A DNA stretch of 64,000 nucleotides from Squalus acanthias (Eukaryota): positions 31,312,001 through 31,376,000 of the forward strand of contig CM059437.1 in NCBI GenBank assembly GCA_030390025.1. Direction: 5' to 3'. This document shows, piece after piece, positions 25,440 to 39,284 of the stretch. Under the pieces are notes generated by a model, which saw only the letters and a list, made by a program, of their open reading frames with translations, ran no database searches and had not been told where the DNA came from. Made by a program: the position numbers and the translations under genes. Position 1 is the stretch's first letter. Every line of letters begins with the position of its first letter.

Positions 25440-26300
25440 AGTCTGTGTGCCTTCAAATGGGAGCGACCTTGTTAGATCCAGTTATGAGTAATGAAAGAGA
25501 TCAGATAGTTGAGTTAAATGTGGGTGAGCTCCTCGAGGGTAGTGACCATAATATGATGAGTTTTAACTTCCAAATAGAAAGGGAAAATGCTAATACAAAA
25601 AACAAGGGTAACAGATTGGAATAGGGTGGATTTCAGAAAGGTAAGGACTGAACGATCTGAGGTGGGGTGGAAAGCGAGATCGGCCCACAGGACAGATGAT
25701 CAAATATGGGATTTATTTTTTTTACAAAGATTGCAACGTTGCAGAACAAATATGCATCATTTTTTTAAAAAAAACTACAAGTTGTAGAATGGCATAGACA
25801 AATAAAGAGGTTAGAAATATACTGAAATTGAAGAAGATGGGGCCTATAGATAAGAGAAAATAAGGGAAAAGATTAAGAAAGAGATAAAGGAATAGTAAAG
25901 TATTCTATAAATATATCAGTAAAAAGAGGACAGAGGTCTTTAAGATTATGCAAGGGTTGATGGGGAAGATGTAGAGAAGGTGTTTTCACTTGTGGGGGAG
26001 ACCAAAACTAGGGGCCATAAATATAAGATAGTCACTAGTAAATCCAATAGGGAATTCAGGAGAAACCTCTTCACCCAGAGAGTGGTTAGAATGTGGAACT
26101 CGCTACCACGAGGAGTAGATGAGGTGACTAGCATAGATGCATTTAAAGGGAAGCTAGATAAACACATGAGGGAGAAAGGAATAGAAGGGTATGTTGATGG
26201 GGTTAGTTGAAGTGTGGGAGGAGGCTCGTGTGGATCATAAACACCGGCATGGACATGTTGGGCCAAATGGCCTGTTTCTGTGCTGTTCATACTATGATTG
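25440..26300 (+). mobile_element. Degraded CR1 fragments
   Basis: Endonuclease-region remnant (gagggtagtgaccataat) and 3' end FTQRVVRMWNSLP. Confidence 0.75.
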
Positions 26301-27477
26301 GGCTCAATTAAACAGACCTGTTGATATTCATTGGTTCACACTGAAGAATAGGCACTTGGATGAGAAAACTGTGGGCACCTGTGGAATTGGATCCAAGCAA
26401 GAATTGGCACATCAGGAAAGGAGGGGAGAAAATTAAGGCAAATAAAAAGAACATAATATATACTATATAATATTTCATATAGTGTATATTATAAGCTGTG
26501 AGATAGTAACATTCAGTGTAGACATTTTAAGTGCATAATTTAGGTTGACAAGTCAATACACTGAATTGTTGTTGGAGGTGCCATTGCTCAGGTGGGACGT
26601 TGGACCGAACCAACATCTGCTTGTTCAGGTGGACAGTAACGATCCAACGTTGCTGTTCAAAGAAAGGCAGAGAGATCTCCCAGTGTCCTTGCCGACATTC
26701 TTCCTTCAACCAACTCCACCAAAAAAACCCAGATTAACTGGTCTTTTATCTCCTTGCTGTTTGTGGCACCTTTGCAAAGCACAAAATCGCTGCCGCGTTC
26801 ACTTATATAAGCGGTCTCAGTGTCTCAGAAATATCCCAAACATTTCACTTACAATAACTTAACTTTGAAGCGCAGCCTCTATTCTGTAAGTGAGCGCGGC
26901 AGCCATTTTGTGCATTGCAACGGTGCTGTATAAATGCAAATTATTTCCTTTTTTTAGATCTTTCTACGATATACGGTTATAATGTACTTTTGCGTTAATC
27001 AACTGCTGGCAAAACAGATATGTGATGTGATGCTGAATACCTTTTCTGGTATTGCATCTCCTACCTTTTCACCAGACTGAATAAAAGAACCTCGCTCCCC
27101 CCCCCCCCCGCCCCCAACATCATTATTCACCTTTTCTTCTATTAAAGTCAACTGGAAACTGTAGGAGAATTAGAACAAGAAGGTTCTGGCAGTTGCTTCT
27201 AGGCAGTAAATTTAGTTCTGTCAAAGTGCCTGAGCTTTGTTCTCTTTATGATTTAATCAGAACTGCCTGACTGAATTGCTGCCTTGTCGATTTTTGCCAG
27301 GCCCTTGAGATCTGTGATGTATTTCCTTTTGCGTGTGATTTTCAACCATTCCTGTCCCTGTGTAAAATGTAAAATTTCTCGTGTCATGCCTGCTGATGAA
27401 GGGTGGCTAAAATATGCTCTTGCCAGCATCACTCCAAAACTGGGAGGGGAGTGCACGTAAAGGATGGTTGGTCATAA

Positions 27478-27925
27478 AAGAAAAAGACTTGCATTTATGT
27501 AACGCCTTTCATGACTTCAGGACATCCCAAAGCGCTTTACAGCCAATGAATTACTTTTGAAGTGTAGTCACTGTTGTAATGTAGGAAATGTGGCAGCCAA
27601 TTTGTGCTCCCATAAAGATCAATGTGATAACGACCAGATAATCTGTTTTAATGTTGATTGAGAGAAAAATATTGGCTGGGATGCCAGGGATAACTCCCCT
27701 ACTCTTCTTCAAAATAGTGCCATGCGATCTTTTGCTTCCACCCGAGAGGGCAGAAGGGGCATCGGTTTAACGTCTCATCTGAAAGATGGCACCTCCAACA
27801 GTGCAGCACTCCCTCAGCACTGCACTGGGGTGTCAGCCTAGATTTTTGTATTCAAGTCTCTGGAGTGGGACTTGAACCCACAACCTTCTGACTCAGAGGG
27901 GAGGGTGCTACCAAATGAGCCACGG
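27478..27925 (-). mobile_element. Deu-domain SINE, full length
   Basis: Complete head, Deu domain and tail. Confidence 0.85.
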
Positions 27926-29022
27926 AGTTAGACAGAGGAGCTGGCTTGGCTCCACTCCGTGCCTCTCTAGACACCACTGGCTGCAAGCTGCCCAGATCTT
28001 ATAACCCTGAGCCTGCCCTGACGTGCAGCTAGATGGATGAGGGCAGTAGACTACTTTGTGTACTACTACTTTTAAACTTACTAGAACTTCGCCTCAGTCA
28101 GGATAATGTTGCACAAAGAGTTTGTGAATTGCAATGATGAGGTAACTAGGTAAATGGATTAAGAGGTCTCCGCTACCCTCCACACATGTATAAATCAGGC
28201 TGTGTAGCATGCAATTTTAACAACAATTCACTTACTTTGAGAATGCATTTCTATTAAATTTGGATACTCTGGGAATTTCATCTATCCCTCAAGTGCATAA
28301 ATTTCATCCCTCTCGTATTTATTTACTAATAGCCTCCAGAAGCACTATGAAGAGAAAAGGTCCATCAGGCCAGTGCTTCCTCCCCATGCCTTCTCCCATT
28401 CACTGGAAGGCTGGGTTAAGGTTCCATAGAATTATAGAATAGAATCATAGAATGGTTACAGCACAGTAGGAGGCCATTCGGCCCCTCGAGCCCATGCTGG
28501 CTCTCTGCAAGAGCACTTCAGCTAGTCCCACTCCCCCACCCTTTCCCATTAGCGCTGCAAATTTTTTTCCTTCAGGTACTTATCTAATTCCCTTTTGAAA
28601 GCCATGATTGAGTCTGCCTCCACTGCCCTTTCAGGCAGTGCATTCCAGATCCTAACCACTCGCTGTGTAAAAAAAGTTTTCATGTCGCTTTTGGTTCTTT
28701 TGCCAATCACCTTAAATCTGTGTCCTCTGGTTCTTGACCCTTCTGCCAATGGGAACAGTTTCTCTGTCTAGACCATTATGATTTTGAACACCTCTAGCAA
28801 ATCTACTCTCAAGCTTTTCTGCAATCCCAGCTTTTCTAGTCTATCCAAGTAACTGAAGTCCCTCATCCCTGGAACCATTCTCGTCAATCTTTTCTGCACC
28901 CTCTCTAAGGCCTTCACATCCTTCCTAAAGTACAGTGCCCAGAATTGGACACAATACTCCAGTTGAGGCCGAACCAGTGTTTTATAAAGGTTCATCATAA
29001 CTTCCTTGCTTTTGTACTCTAT

Positions 29023-29860
29023 GGGCTGGATTTTCAATGACCCGTGGAGTCGGGTTTGGAGGCGGGGGGGGGGAGGGGTTAAAGTTGCAGATTCGGGGGT
29101 CCCGACCCCATCCCGACTCCAACCCGCCTCCATGCCAGTTTCTCTGGCGGTGGGTACCCGACCTGTTCTGAGACCCAACTCCCTGAGGCGGGAAGGGATT
29201 AGTAACAATTAACTGCCTGTTAACAGGTAGTTAACAGGCAGTTTTTTGCATAATCCCTATTTTAAAAAGAAAACTGTGGGCTTCCCGACAGGTGGCAACC
29301 ACTCCAAGTTATCGGGGCGGGCCGTGGGTCTGCAGGGGTTGGAGGGGTCGATATGTCCGGTGGGCAGGTGAGTGATGGGTGCATGTATGCAGAGGTAAGT
29401 GTGTAAGGTAAGTGCTAAGTGTTGAAAAAAGTTTTACTTACCTTAACTTCCTCCTGCAGGTGTCAGCCCTTCAGTTCTTGGGAGTTAGAAATCTCACTGG
29501 CACAGAAAGCAGGAAAGCCGTGGTTCTGTCAAAACCTGCAGCCTTCTGTTTTCTGTGGTGGAATGATTTCTAACTCCGCCTGAAAGGAAGGACTGAAGTT
29601 AAAAATCATATTGTGAGTGTTTGACCGCTTCACAGAGCTGTCAAACACTGATATTTCATCTGTCAAAAGCTCTTGACAGATGGAATGTCAATCTGTGACG
29701 TCCCCTGTTGCCAGGTGGCCCTTAATTGGCCTGCTGAGCCCACTGGGCAGGCTCAACAAGGTCAATCAAGGGAAAATACAGTGGGTTGGCCACATCTCGA
29801 TGGAGGCGGGTTCACAAGCCAGAATGTGTGATTCCCGACTCCAACTTCAAAATCCAGCCC
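29023..29860. mobile_element. PIF/Harbinger-type non-autonomous DNA transposon
   Basis: TIR gggctggatttt / aaaatccagccc; 3-bp TSD TAT; cleanly splits CR1 sequence tactctat|gcctcta. Confidence 0.85.
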
Positions 29861-31483
29861 TATGCCTCTATTTATGAAGCCCAGAATCCCGTATGCTTTT
29901 TTTAACTGCTTTCTCAACCTGCCCTGCAACCTTCAACGATTTGTGCACATATACCCCTGTTCATGCACCCCCTTTAGAATTGTACCCTTTAATTTATATT
30001 GCCTCTCCTCGTTCTTCCTTCCAAAATGTACCACTTCGCACTTTTCTGTGTTAAATTTCATCTGTCACGTGTCCACCCATTCCACCAGCCTGTCTGTCTT
30101 CTAGAAGTCTATCACTATCCTCCTCACTGATCACTATACTTCTAAGTTTTGAGTCATCTGCAGATTTTGAAATTGTGCCTTTTACACCCACATCCAAGTC
30201 ATTAAAGTATATCAAGAAAAGCAGTGGTCCTAGTACTGATCCCTGGCAAACATCACTGTATACCTTCCTCTAGTCCGAAAAACAACCGTTCACCACTACT
30301 GTTTCCTGCCACTTAGCCAATTTTGTATCCATGCTGTCACTGTCCCTTTTATTCCATGGGCTTCAACTTTGCTGGCAAGCCTACTATGTGGCACTTTTAT
30401 CAAATGCCTTTTGGAAGTCCATGTACACCACATCAACCGCATTGCCCTCAGCAACCCTCTCTGTTACCTCATCAAAAAACTCGATCAAGTTAGTTAAACA
30501 CGATTTGCCTTTAACAAATCCATGCTGGCTTTCCTTAATTAATTCACACTTGTCCAAGTGAGTGTTCATTTTATCCCGGATTATCGTTTCTAAAAGCTTC
30601 CCCACTACCGAGGTTAAACTGACTGGCCTGTAGTTGCTGGGTTTATCTTTGCACCCTTTTTTGAACAAGGGCGTAACATTTGCAATTCTCCAGTCCTCTG
30701 GCACCACTCCGGTATTTGAGGAGGATTGGAAGATTATGGCCGGAATCTCCACGATTTCCAACTTACCTTCCCTCAGCATCCTAGGATGCATCCCATCCGG
30801 CCCTGGTGACTATCTACTTTAAGTACAGCCAGCCTTTCTAGTACCTCCTCTATCAATTTTTATCCCATCCGGTATCTCCACTACCTCCTCCTTCACTATG
30901 ACTACGACTTTGGCAGCATCCTCTTCCTTGAAGACAGATGCAAAGTAATCAGTTAGTACCTCAGCCATGCCCTCTGCCTCCATGCGTAGGTCTCCTTTTT
31001 GGTCCCTAATCAGCCCCACCCCTCCTCTTGCTACCCGTTTACTATTTATATGCCTATAGAAGACTTTTGAATTCCCTTTTATGTTAGCTGCCAATCTATT
31101 CTCATATTCTCTCTTAGCCCCTCTTATTTTCTTCTGCACTTCACCTCTGAACTTTTTATATTCAGCCTGATTCTCACTTGTATTCTCAACCTGACATCTG
31201 TCATACGCCCCCTTTTTCTGCTTCATCTTACTCTCTATCCGTTTAGTCATCCAGGGAGCTCTGACTTTGGTTACCCTACCTTTCCTCCTCGTGGGAATGT
31301 ACCTCGACTATACCCGAACCATCTCCTCTTTGAACCCAGCCCATTGTTCGATTACAGTTTTGCCTGCCAATCTTTGATTCCAATTTACCCGGGTCAGATC
31401 CATTCTCAACCCTTCCTCCAATTAAGTATTTTTACTCTAGATTGCTCCCTGTCCTTTTCCACAGCTAATCTAAACCTTGTGAT

Positions 31484-33372
31484 AAACAGCAGGAGAGTAC
31501 ATGATAAGGGAGAATACAAAGAGATTAGGAGAGAAGTCAAAAAACAATTAGGAAGGCAAAGCGGAACTATGAAATTTAATTATCAAGGTACATAAAACAA
31601 AATAGTAAAATATTTTATAGGAACATCAATATAAAAAAGGAAGGTTGGGATGGGAATAGGGCCATTAAGGGATAGACTGGATAATACCACAGGTAACGAT
31701 AGAGAGATGGCAGAAATATTAAATAATTATTTTGCTTCAGTATTTACCAGGGAGATAGAACAGGTGGACGTGACATTGGATGATGAAATAAGTACATTTA
31801 AAATAAAAAAAGGGGATATATTAAATAAACTAATCAAACTCAAAGAGGATAAAACCCCTGGTCCGGGTAGATTGCATCCACGCACTTTAAAAGAATCTAG
31901 GGAAGAGATAGAAGAGGCATTACACACACATTTAATAATTTGTTAGAAAAAGGTGTAGTGCCAGAGGACTGGTGGATAGTTAACATAATACCTATATTTA
32001 AGAAGGAGGATGGAACATGTCCAGGGAATTATAGACCAGTCAGCTTAACATCGTTGGTAGGAAAAATAATGGAATCCCTACTAAAGGAGAAAATAGAAGA
32101 ACCTCTAGAAACCAAAAACATAGTAATGAATAGTCGGTGTGGATTTCAAAAGGGAAAGTCTTGCTTGACCAACTTCATTGAATTTTTTGAAGAGGTAACA
32201 GAGAGAGTAGACAATGGCAATGCAGTAGATATAATTTATCCAGATTTTCAAAAGGCCTTCGATAAGGTACCCCATAATAGACTGATGAACAAGGTCCGAG
32301 AATGCGGAGCAGAATGGATAGTTAGCTGGCTTCAAGACAGAAAACAGAGAGTAGGGGTAAAAGGTAGCTAGTCACAGTGGCAGAAGGTGGGTAGTGGTGT
32401 TCCACAAGGATCAGTGCTGGGACCACTGTTGTTCACAATTTATATTAACGATTTAGACTTTGGAATTAAAAACACAATTTCTAAATTTGCAGATGACTCC
32501 AAATTGAGGGGGATAGTCAATACTGAAGAGGACTGCAACACATTACAGGAGGACATTAATAAACTTGCAGAATGGGCATATAATTGGCAAATTAAGTTCA
32601 ACACAGATAAATGTGAGGTATTACATTTTGGTAGGAAAAATAGGGAGGTCACTTTTATTACTTGGAGGGTGCGAGTCTAGGTGGGGTAGAGGAAGAAAGG
32701 GATCACTTAGTACAAATACACAAATCACCTAAAAGTTGCAACACAGGTTAGCAAGGCCATAATAAAAGCAAACCAAACACTAGGGTTTATTTCTAGAGGG
32801 ATAGAATTGAAAAGTAGGGAAGTTATGCTAAACCTGTATCGAACCTTGGTTAGACCACACTGAGTACTGCGTATAGTTCTGGTCACCATATTACAAAAAG
32901 GATATAGAGGCACTGGAGAGGGTATAGAGAAGATTTACAAGGATGATACCAGAAATGTGAGTGTATACATATCAGGAAAGAATGAACAGGCTGGGGTGAC
33001 CTAATAGAGGTCTTTTTAAAATTATGAAAGGTTTTGATAGTGGATAGAGAGAGAATGTTTCCACTTGTGGGGAAGAGCATAACTAGAGGCCATCAATATA
33101 AGATATTCACCAAGAAAGGGAATTCAGAAGAAACTTCTTTACCCAAATAGTGGTGAGAATGTGGAACTCGCTGCCACAGGGAGTGGTTGAAGCGAATAGT
33201 ATAGATGCATTTAAGGGGAGGCTGGACAAGCATATGAGGGAGAAGGGAATAGAGGGTTATGCTGATAGATTTAGACGCGGAAAGACTGGAGGAGGCTCGA
33301 GTGGAGCATAAACGCCGGCATGGACTGGTTGGGCCGAATGGCCTGTTTCTGTGCTGTATATCCTATGTAATC
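31484..33372 (+). mobile_element. CR1 LINE (5'-truncated, RT region) nested antisense in the host CR1
   Basis: KTPGPGRLHPR, NYRPVSLTS, GVPQGSVLGPLLF, SKFADD; 3' tail gtgctgtatatcctatg. Confidence 0.9.
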
Positions 33373-33604
33373 CTATGATCACTGTTCCTTAAATGTTCCC
33401 CTACTGACACTTGCTCCACTTGACCTACCTCATTCCCAAGAACCAGATCCAGCAATGCCTCCTTCCTCGTTAGGCTGGAAACGTACTGACCAAGAAAGTT
33501 CTCCTGAACACACTTCAGAAATTCTTCCTCCTCTCTGCCCTTTACACTATTACAATCCCAGTCTATATTAGGATAGTTCAAGTCTCCCATTATCACTACT
33601 CTAT

Positions 33605-33696
33605 GATGTGGAGATGCTGGTGTTGGACTGGGGTGGACAAATGTGAGAAGTCGCACAACACCAGGTTAATATAACCTGGTGTTGTGTGACTTCTCA
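33605..33696. mobile_element. Internally deleted Penelope-like hairpin (same family as 22733)
   Basis: gatgtggagatgctggtgttggactggggtggacaa plus palindrome tgtgagaagtcgcacaacaccaggtta / taacctggtgttgtgtgacttctcaca; cactactctat duplicated at 33594 and 33697. Confidence 0.8.
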
Positions 33697-35157
33697 CACT
33701 ACTCTATAGTTCTTGCACCTCTCTGTAATCTCCCTGCAAATTTGCTCCTCTATATCCTTCCCACTAGTTGGCGGTCTATAGAATGCACCTAGTAGTGTAA
33801 TGGCACCTCTATTATTTCTTAACTCTAACCAAATAGATTCTGTCTTTGACCCCCTCCAGGTCATCCCCTCTCTCCAACACTGTAACATTCTCCTCAACCA
33901 ATACTGCCATCCCACCTCCTTTCTTTCCTTCCCTATCTATCCTTAATGCCTTATATCCAGGAATATTTAATACCCAATCCTGCCCTTTTTTGAGCCGGGT
34001 CTCCGTTATCGCCATGACTTCATATTCCCATGTGGCTATTTGCGCCTGTAGCTCACCAACCTTATTTACCATGCTCCGTGCGTTTAGAGACATGCACTGT
34101 AAACCTATCTTATACCTTCTTAGACTCTTACTCTGATCCCACCTAATACCGTACTATTTCTTACTCTAGTGCTATCTGTCTCTCCAAATCCTTTGTACAC
34201 TATGTTTCTCCTTTCTAATGCTACATTCTGGTGCCCATGCCCCTGCCAAATTAGTCTAAACCCTCCCCAACAGCATTAGCAAATGCCCCCACGAGGATAT
34301 TGGTCCCGGCTCTGTTGAGGTGCAACTCGTCCGGCCTGTACAAGTCCTACCTCCCTCAGAACCGGTCCCAATGTCCCAGGAATCCAAAGCCCTCCCTCCT
34401 GCACCATCTCTCCAGCCACGCATTCATCTGCTCTGTCCTCCTATTTCTATACTCACTAGCTCGTGGCACTGGGAGTAATCTGGAGATTAATACCTTTTTG
34501 TGGTTCTGCTTTTTAATCTCTTTCCTAGCTCCCTAAAATCTGCCTGCAGGACCTCGTCCCTCTTTCTACCTATGTCGTGGTACCAATATGGACCACGACC
34601 TCTGGTTGTTCACCCTTCCCTATCTGTTCCCCTAACTATCGAATCCCCTACCACTATTGCTTTCCTGATTTTCCTCCTTTCCTTCCGCCCGCCGCCCGGC
34701 TATACAGCTGCGCCACCCGTGGTGACGTGGACGTGGCTCTGGCTGTACTCCCCAGAGGAACCATCGTCTTCACCAGTATACTGGGTAGAGAGTGAGATGC
34801 ACTCGGGACACTTGCACTACCGGCCTGGTCCTCCTTGTCTGTCTGGCGGTCACCCATGCCCTCTCTGCCTGCACACTCTTGCGCTGCAGGATGACCACCT
34901 CCTGAAACGGGCTATCCACGTCGCTCTCAGCCTCACTGATACGCTACAGTGATTCCAGCTGCTGCTCAAGCTCTGAAACCTGGAGCTCGAGCTCCTCCAG
35001 CTGACGACACTTCCTGCACATAAGTTTGTCCAGGAGACTGGAAGTGTCCTGGAGTTCCCACATGGCACAGGATGTGCATTCCATGGGAATGAGGTGCCCT
35101 GCCATGTCTCTATTTAATCGACTATTAACAAACTTACAGAAATAAACTTAAGACTAA

Positions 35158-35790
35158 GGGGGAAAAATTGATTTGCGCCCCCTTTGGGGCGCTAACTTTG
35201 CCGGGGCGCTACTTTTAGTGCCCCCAAAAAATTAGCGGCCTACTGGAAGTGCCCCGCCTCCCTCTTGGGACGCTGCGAGTCAATATCACGGCGCTACATG
35301 CCGTGGTATTGCAGGCCTTCCTCCCCTTCTTAAAGGGGAGGGGCCTTGCGCAGCGCCACCCGGAGCCCAGCTGGGCCACTAGGGATCGGAGTGCCGGCAA
35401 AAGAGCCCGGCACTCGAGGTGCCGGGCTTACGGAGCGCAGCCGGCACTCCGCGCGGGGTGGGGGGGGGGGGGCTGCAGAGGAGGCCGGGGATGGCAACGG
35501 GGCAGGTGTTGGCAGGTGGCCAGCAACAAAAATGGCTGCCCGGCACCTCGCCTTTAATTAGCGCCGCCCCGGCCGCAGGTAGGCCCCCCTGACCCCATCA
35601 GACATAGCGTCCGGCAGTAAGTCAGGGGGCGCTACCGAAGATCGTGGCGGCGCAGCACCGCCGGGCGCTAACGGTTACTGCCGCCGCTAACCTCCCGCTG
35701 AATTTCGTGGGAGGCGTTAGCGGCGCCGCGCCCGGGCGCTATTTGCTTTGCGCCCCGTTAGCGCCCTCTAAGAGTTTTAAAAGTCGGGCC
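35158..35790. mobile_element. GC-rich non-autonomous DNA transposon fragment (related to 39285-40136)
   Basis: Terminal gggggaaaaatt; shared gatcgtggcgg and gcgctaac motifs; right end unclear. Confidence 0.55.
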
Positions 35791-36867
35791 CACCTTTATC
35801 TCCGGCCGCTTCTCTCGCACTCTTAGTTAAAGTCTTATTCAAATAATTATTTATAGTCATATTAATTAGTTTATCTAGTTAAGTTAGGAAAAAAACGCTA
35901 ATACTCACCCACCAATCACCTACCTGCTGTCCTGTGATATTACTCCTTGTTTTTTTGTTGTTGTTTTGGAATTTGCTGGATTTGTACTACCGCCTCTGCT
36001 GCCAGCTCCTTCCAGGTCCACCATGCACCCAACTGTACCTCACCCAAGGGGCCCTTCCTTATGTGTGACCTTTGACTATGCGTGTCTGCAGTCTATTCTA
36101 AGGTGGAAGGGATCATTACCAAGGCTAATGCTGTCCTCGCTCGACATCCACACGACTGCATTCCCAGCAGGGGTTTGGCAGTGGGAGCCATGGCTGATTT
36201 TCCTATTCAGACTGAGAATACGTTCGACGATATGAAAAAGACAGGAAAAGATCATCCAGTCCATCAAGCTTGACCCATCCAGACATGGCGCAGCCCGTTG
36301 ACATTTAGTTGAAACCCCCCCGCCCTCTCCCTTTCAATCATGCAATTTCCTAAGATGGCAAAGATATTGAGGCTAATTCAGAAACTCTGGGAAATTCCTC
36401 TCCACTCCCTATAGCAGCCGAATAAAGCCTCCGGGTGCAACAGTTAACACACAACTCCTTCTAATCCCAGCTAACTACAATTTAGCCTCTGTAACTTGAA
36501 GTGACCTCTCCCAAGAATTTACCCAGGTTGCTGTAGAAGGGTAGCAGTGAATCCTTACTCATCGCACCCTTTGGGAATCTGCTCCAGAGTGCAGTAACTC
36601 TCTGAGAAGAAATTCTTCCCAACATCTACTCTTTAACTCATTGCGTAAGGATTTTATGTGCATCCTACTGATCTGTATGGCTCAGCTACTAACTGGATAA
36701 ATTCACTGAGCCGTCGGAGGAGCAATCAGGCTGTTGAGGCTCTTGTTCACCACCACCCCTCTCTACCCTTTCCACCACCTCCTGATTTGTCACGCTGCTT
36801 GTCTGACATCCCGTATTGGATGAGCAGAAATTTCCTCCAATTAAATATTGGGAGGACCGAAGACATG

Positions 36868-38589
36868 GGCCGAGATCTTGCTCACCTCGTCGGGTCTAGT
36901 GCGGCCGGTGTCCGTGGCAGGTCGCGGCCCTGCTGCTGATTCCATCCCGCTTTGGAAATGAATTTATCTTAATGGGGCTTGTTAAGCCCGCCCAGCGTGT
37001 TACCCGGCCCAATTACATGGAGTGGGTCTGGTGACGTCATTCATGATGCGTCTTGAGCCGGTTTCCTTAAAGGGACCAAGGCCACCTTACTTTTGACATT
37101 TGTGCTGTTAGTGTTCTACAGCACTGAAATGCTGCAAACACTGATGATGACTGCACAGAGGTTCTCCCATGACTCCCTCCATATGCTTATGGAGGGAGTC
37201 ACAGCATGCAGAGAGGTCCTCTTCCCTACCAGTGGGCAGAAGAAACCTTCCCAGGAGTCCAACACAGCCTGGTTGCACATTGCACAGGAGGACACAAGCA
37301 AGGATGTGGTCAGGAGGACCAGGCTGCAGTGACGCTAACGTTTCAATGATCTCAGTAGATCACGAAATGTTACTGCAAAGCCACACTCAACCTCATCCTG
37401 CTGTGCCTCTCATCACATCCCCATCACTCTGCCTTCCCTACCCTACTCCTGCATATCCTTACTCACACCAACTTACCTTGCACCTCCACCCATCTCTCTC
37501 TCTCTCTCTCACTCTCTCTCTTTCTCCATGTACACATCTCCACCTCAGTAGCCACCCCTCACACTCACCCTCGTCCTAGTGCAATCATAACAACTAACAA
37601 CACACAAGAGTAGGCACTTGGTGTTTTATGCAATGTTCATGTAACGTTTCTGTTAATGTGGTGTCAAACATTGAAATCTTTATTTTCAACACTTTTTCTG
37701 TTCTTGGACAGACGTGTGTGCACCTTTGGAAGTGGCTTAGTGAGTTGCAGTGAATGGTGAGACATAACGGTACACCCCGCCCGCAATAGTGATGAGTTTG
37801 AAAGGAATGGCTTGGGCATTGCAGGGATGCTTTATGGCGTTGGTGTGGGGTGGTGCCAACCTGGCGCATCATGTGGCAGCCAGGGTTTACAGCGTCAAGT
37901 TAAGTAAATCTGGCCATGGTGAGGCCATCCCTGGCTTCCCGGGCAGCAATGTGCTCGGGCGCTGATGCCCTCTGTCCTGTGCAGCATCAGGTGGTTGCGG
38001 AGAAGGTTGGTGTTGCTGGTGTGCCTGGTGCTGCTGGTGTTTGTTCTGATTCTTAGGATCAAGGTGAGACAGTATAAAGGGCACCCATGCTGATGGAATA
38101 GATGGCAGGTGAAGTACAGATGAAGCATTGTCAGTGGTGAGAGAGTTCTTCCAATGAGGTGAAAGTGGAAAGCCTATAGAATCTATGCTGGAAATAGACT
38201 GAGAAACAGCTTGTGGCTTAGGAAAGTGATGATCTGTCAGGTGGGAGCTTTTACTGTACATTTGAAGCTGTCAAATAATCAGCTGGAGCAATGGCCACTG
38301 AACTCCCGCCTCAGCTTGACATGTGGTTCCCGAACAGCGTGGTTCCCGTGGCCATGCAGTTAAACTCAAAAAGTAAGTTCAAAAAGCCTGTTAAGATTTG
38401 TCAGCTAGATGCTAATGATTTCAATTGGGTCCACCACTGCTGCCGGTCGGGTCTGCTCAGTGTTGACCAACCCGACATTGAGAAAGGTGCGTTGCAGCGG
38501 GTTCCCGACCCGCTGTCAAAAGAAAAACATTTTTTCCCCACCCGACCCACCACCGATCCCACCCACTAACCCCCCGCAAAATCTCGGCC
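36868..38589 (+). mobile_element. PIF/Harbinger derivative with a Myb/SANT-like ORF remnant
   Basis: TIR ggccgagat / atctcggcc; 3-bp TSD ATG; peptide QRFSHDSLHMLMEGVTACREVLFP...AWLHIAQE...RRT followed by cgtttcaatgatctc (RFNDL). Confidence 0.8.
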
Positions 38590-38674
38590 ATGGTCTTCAG
38601 TCCCCTCCACAAACTCTGTTCCCTAGCCACCAACTCTATCCCTCTTCCTGGCCACTGTTTGAGCCTGAACCAGA

Positions 38675-38975
38675 TTTTTTTTTTTTGTATTCATTCATGG
38701 GATGTGGGCATCTCTGGCAAGGCCAGCATTTATTGCCCATCCTTAGTTGCCCTTGAGAAGGTGGTGGTGAGCCACCGCCTTGAACCACTGCAGTCCGTGT
38801 GGTGAAGGTACTCCCACAGTGCTGTTAGGGAGGGAGTTCCAGGATTTTGACCCAGTGACGATGAAGGAACGGCGATATATTTCCAAGTCAGGATGGTGCG
38901 TGACTTGGAGGGGAACTTGGAGGTGGTGGTGGTCCCATGCGCCTGCTCGCCTTGTCCTTCTAGGTGGTAGAGGTG
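38675..38975 (-). mobile_element. 3' end of a second CR1-clade LINE family
   Basis: YRRSFIVTGSKSWNSLP; tail ctcaagggcaactaaggatgggcaataaatgctggcc...catgaatgaata. Confidence 0.75.
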
Positions 38976-39284
38976 GCATCCTATTTGACCCTCAGCTGAG
39001 CTTCTGCTTCTCCATCGGCAAGACTGCCTACTTCCACCTCCGTAAAATCGCCTGTTTCCGCCCCTGCCTCAGCTCATCTGCTGCTGAAACCCTCAGCCAT
39101 GCCTTTGTTACCTCTAGATTTAACTATTCCAATGCTCTCCTGGCCAGCCTCCTACCTTACACCCTCCGTAAACTTGAGCTCACCCAAAATTCTGCTGTCC
39201 TTATCCTAACTCGCACCAAGTGCCATTCATCCATCACCCTTTGTTTGCTGACCTACATTGGCTCCCAGTCCGGCAAAGCCTTGG

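Larger units (their letters stand above)
28433..35150 (-). mobile_element. Near full-length decayed CR1 LINE (ORF1, APE endonuclease, RT) hosting three nested insertions
   Basis: ORF2 pieces LNARSMVNKVGEL, IMGDLNYPNIDW, NYRPVSLTSVVGK, VYMDFQKAFDK, LYKTLVRPQLEYC; ORF1 region about 34250-35110. Possible 5' UTR remnant continues to about 36000. Confidence 0.9.

Noticed and set aside
35158..35790. GC-rich block as a CpG-island promoter
   Set aside because: Shares termini and motifs with the DNA transposon at 39285-40136 and lies inside a CR1 5' region.
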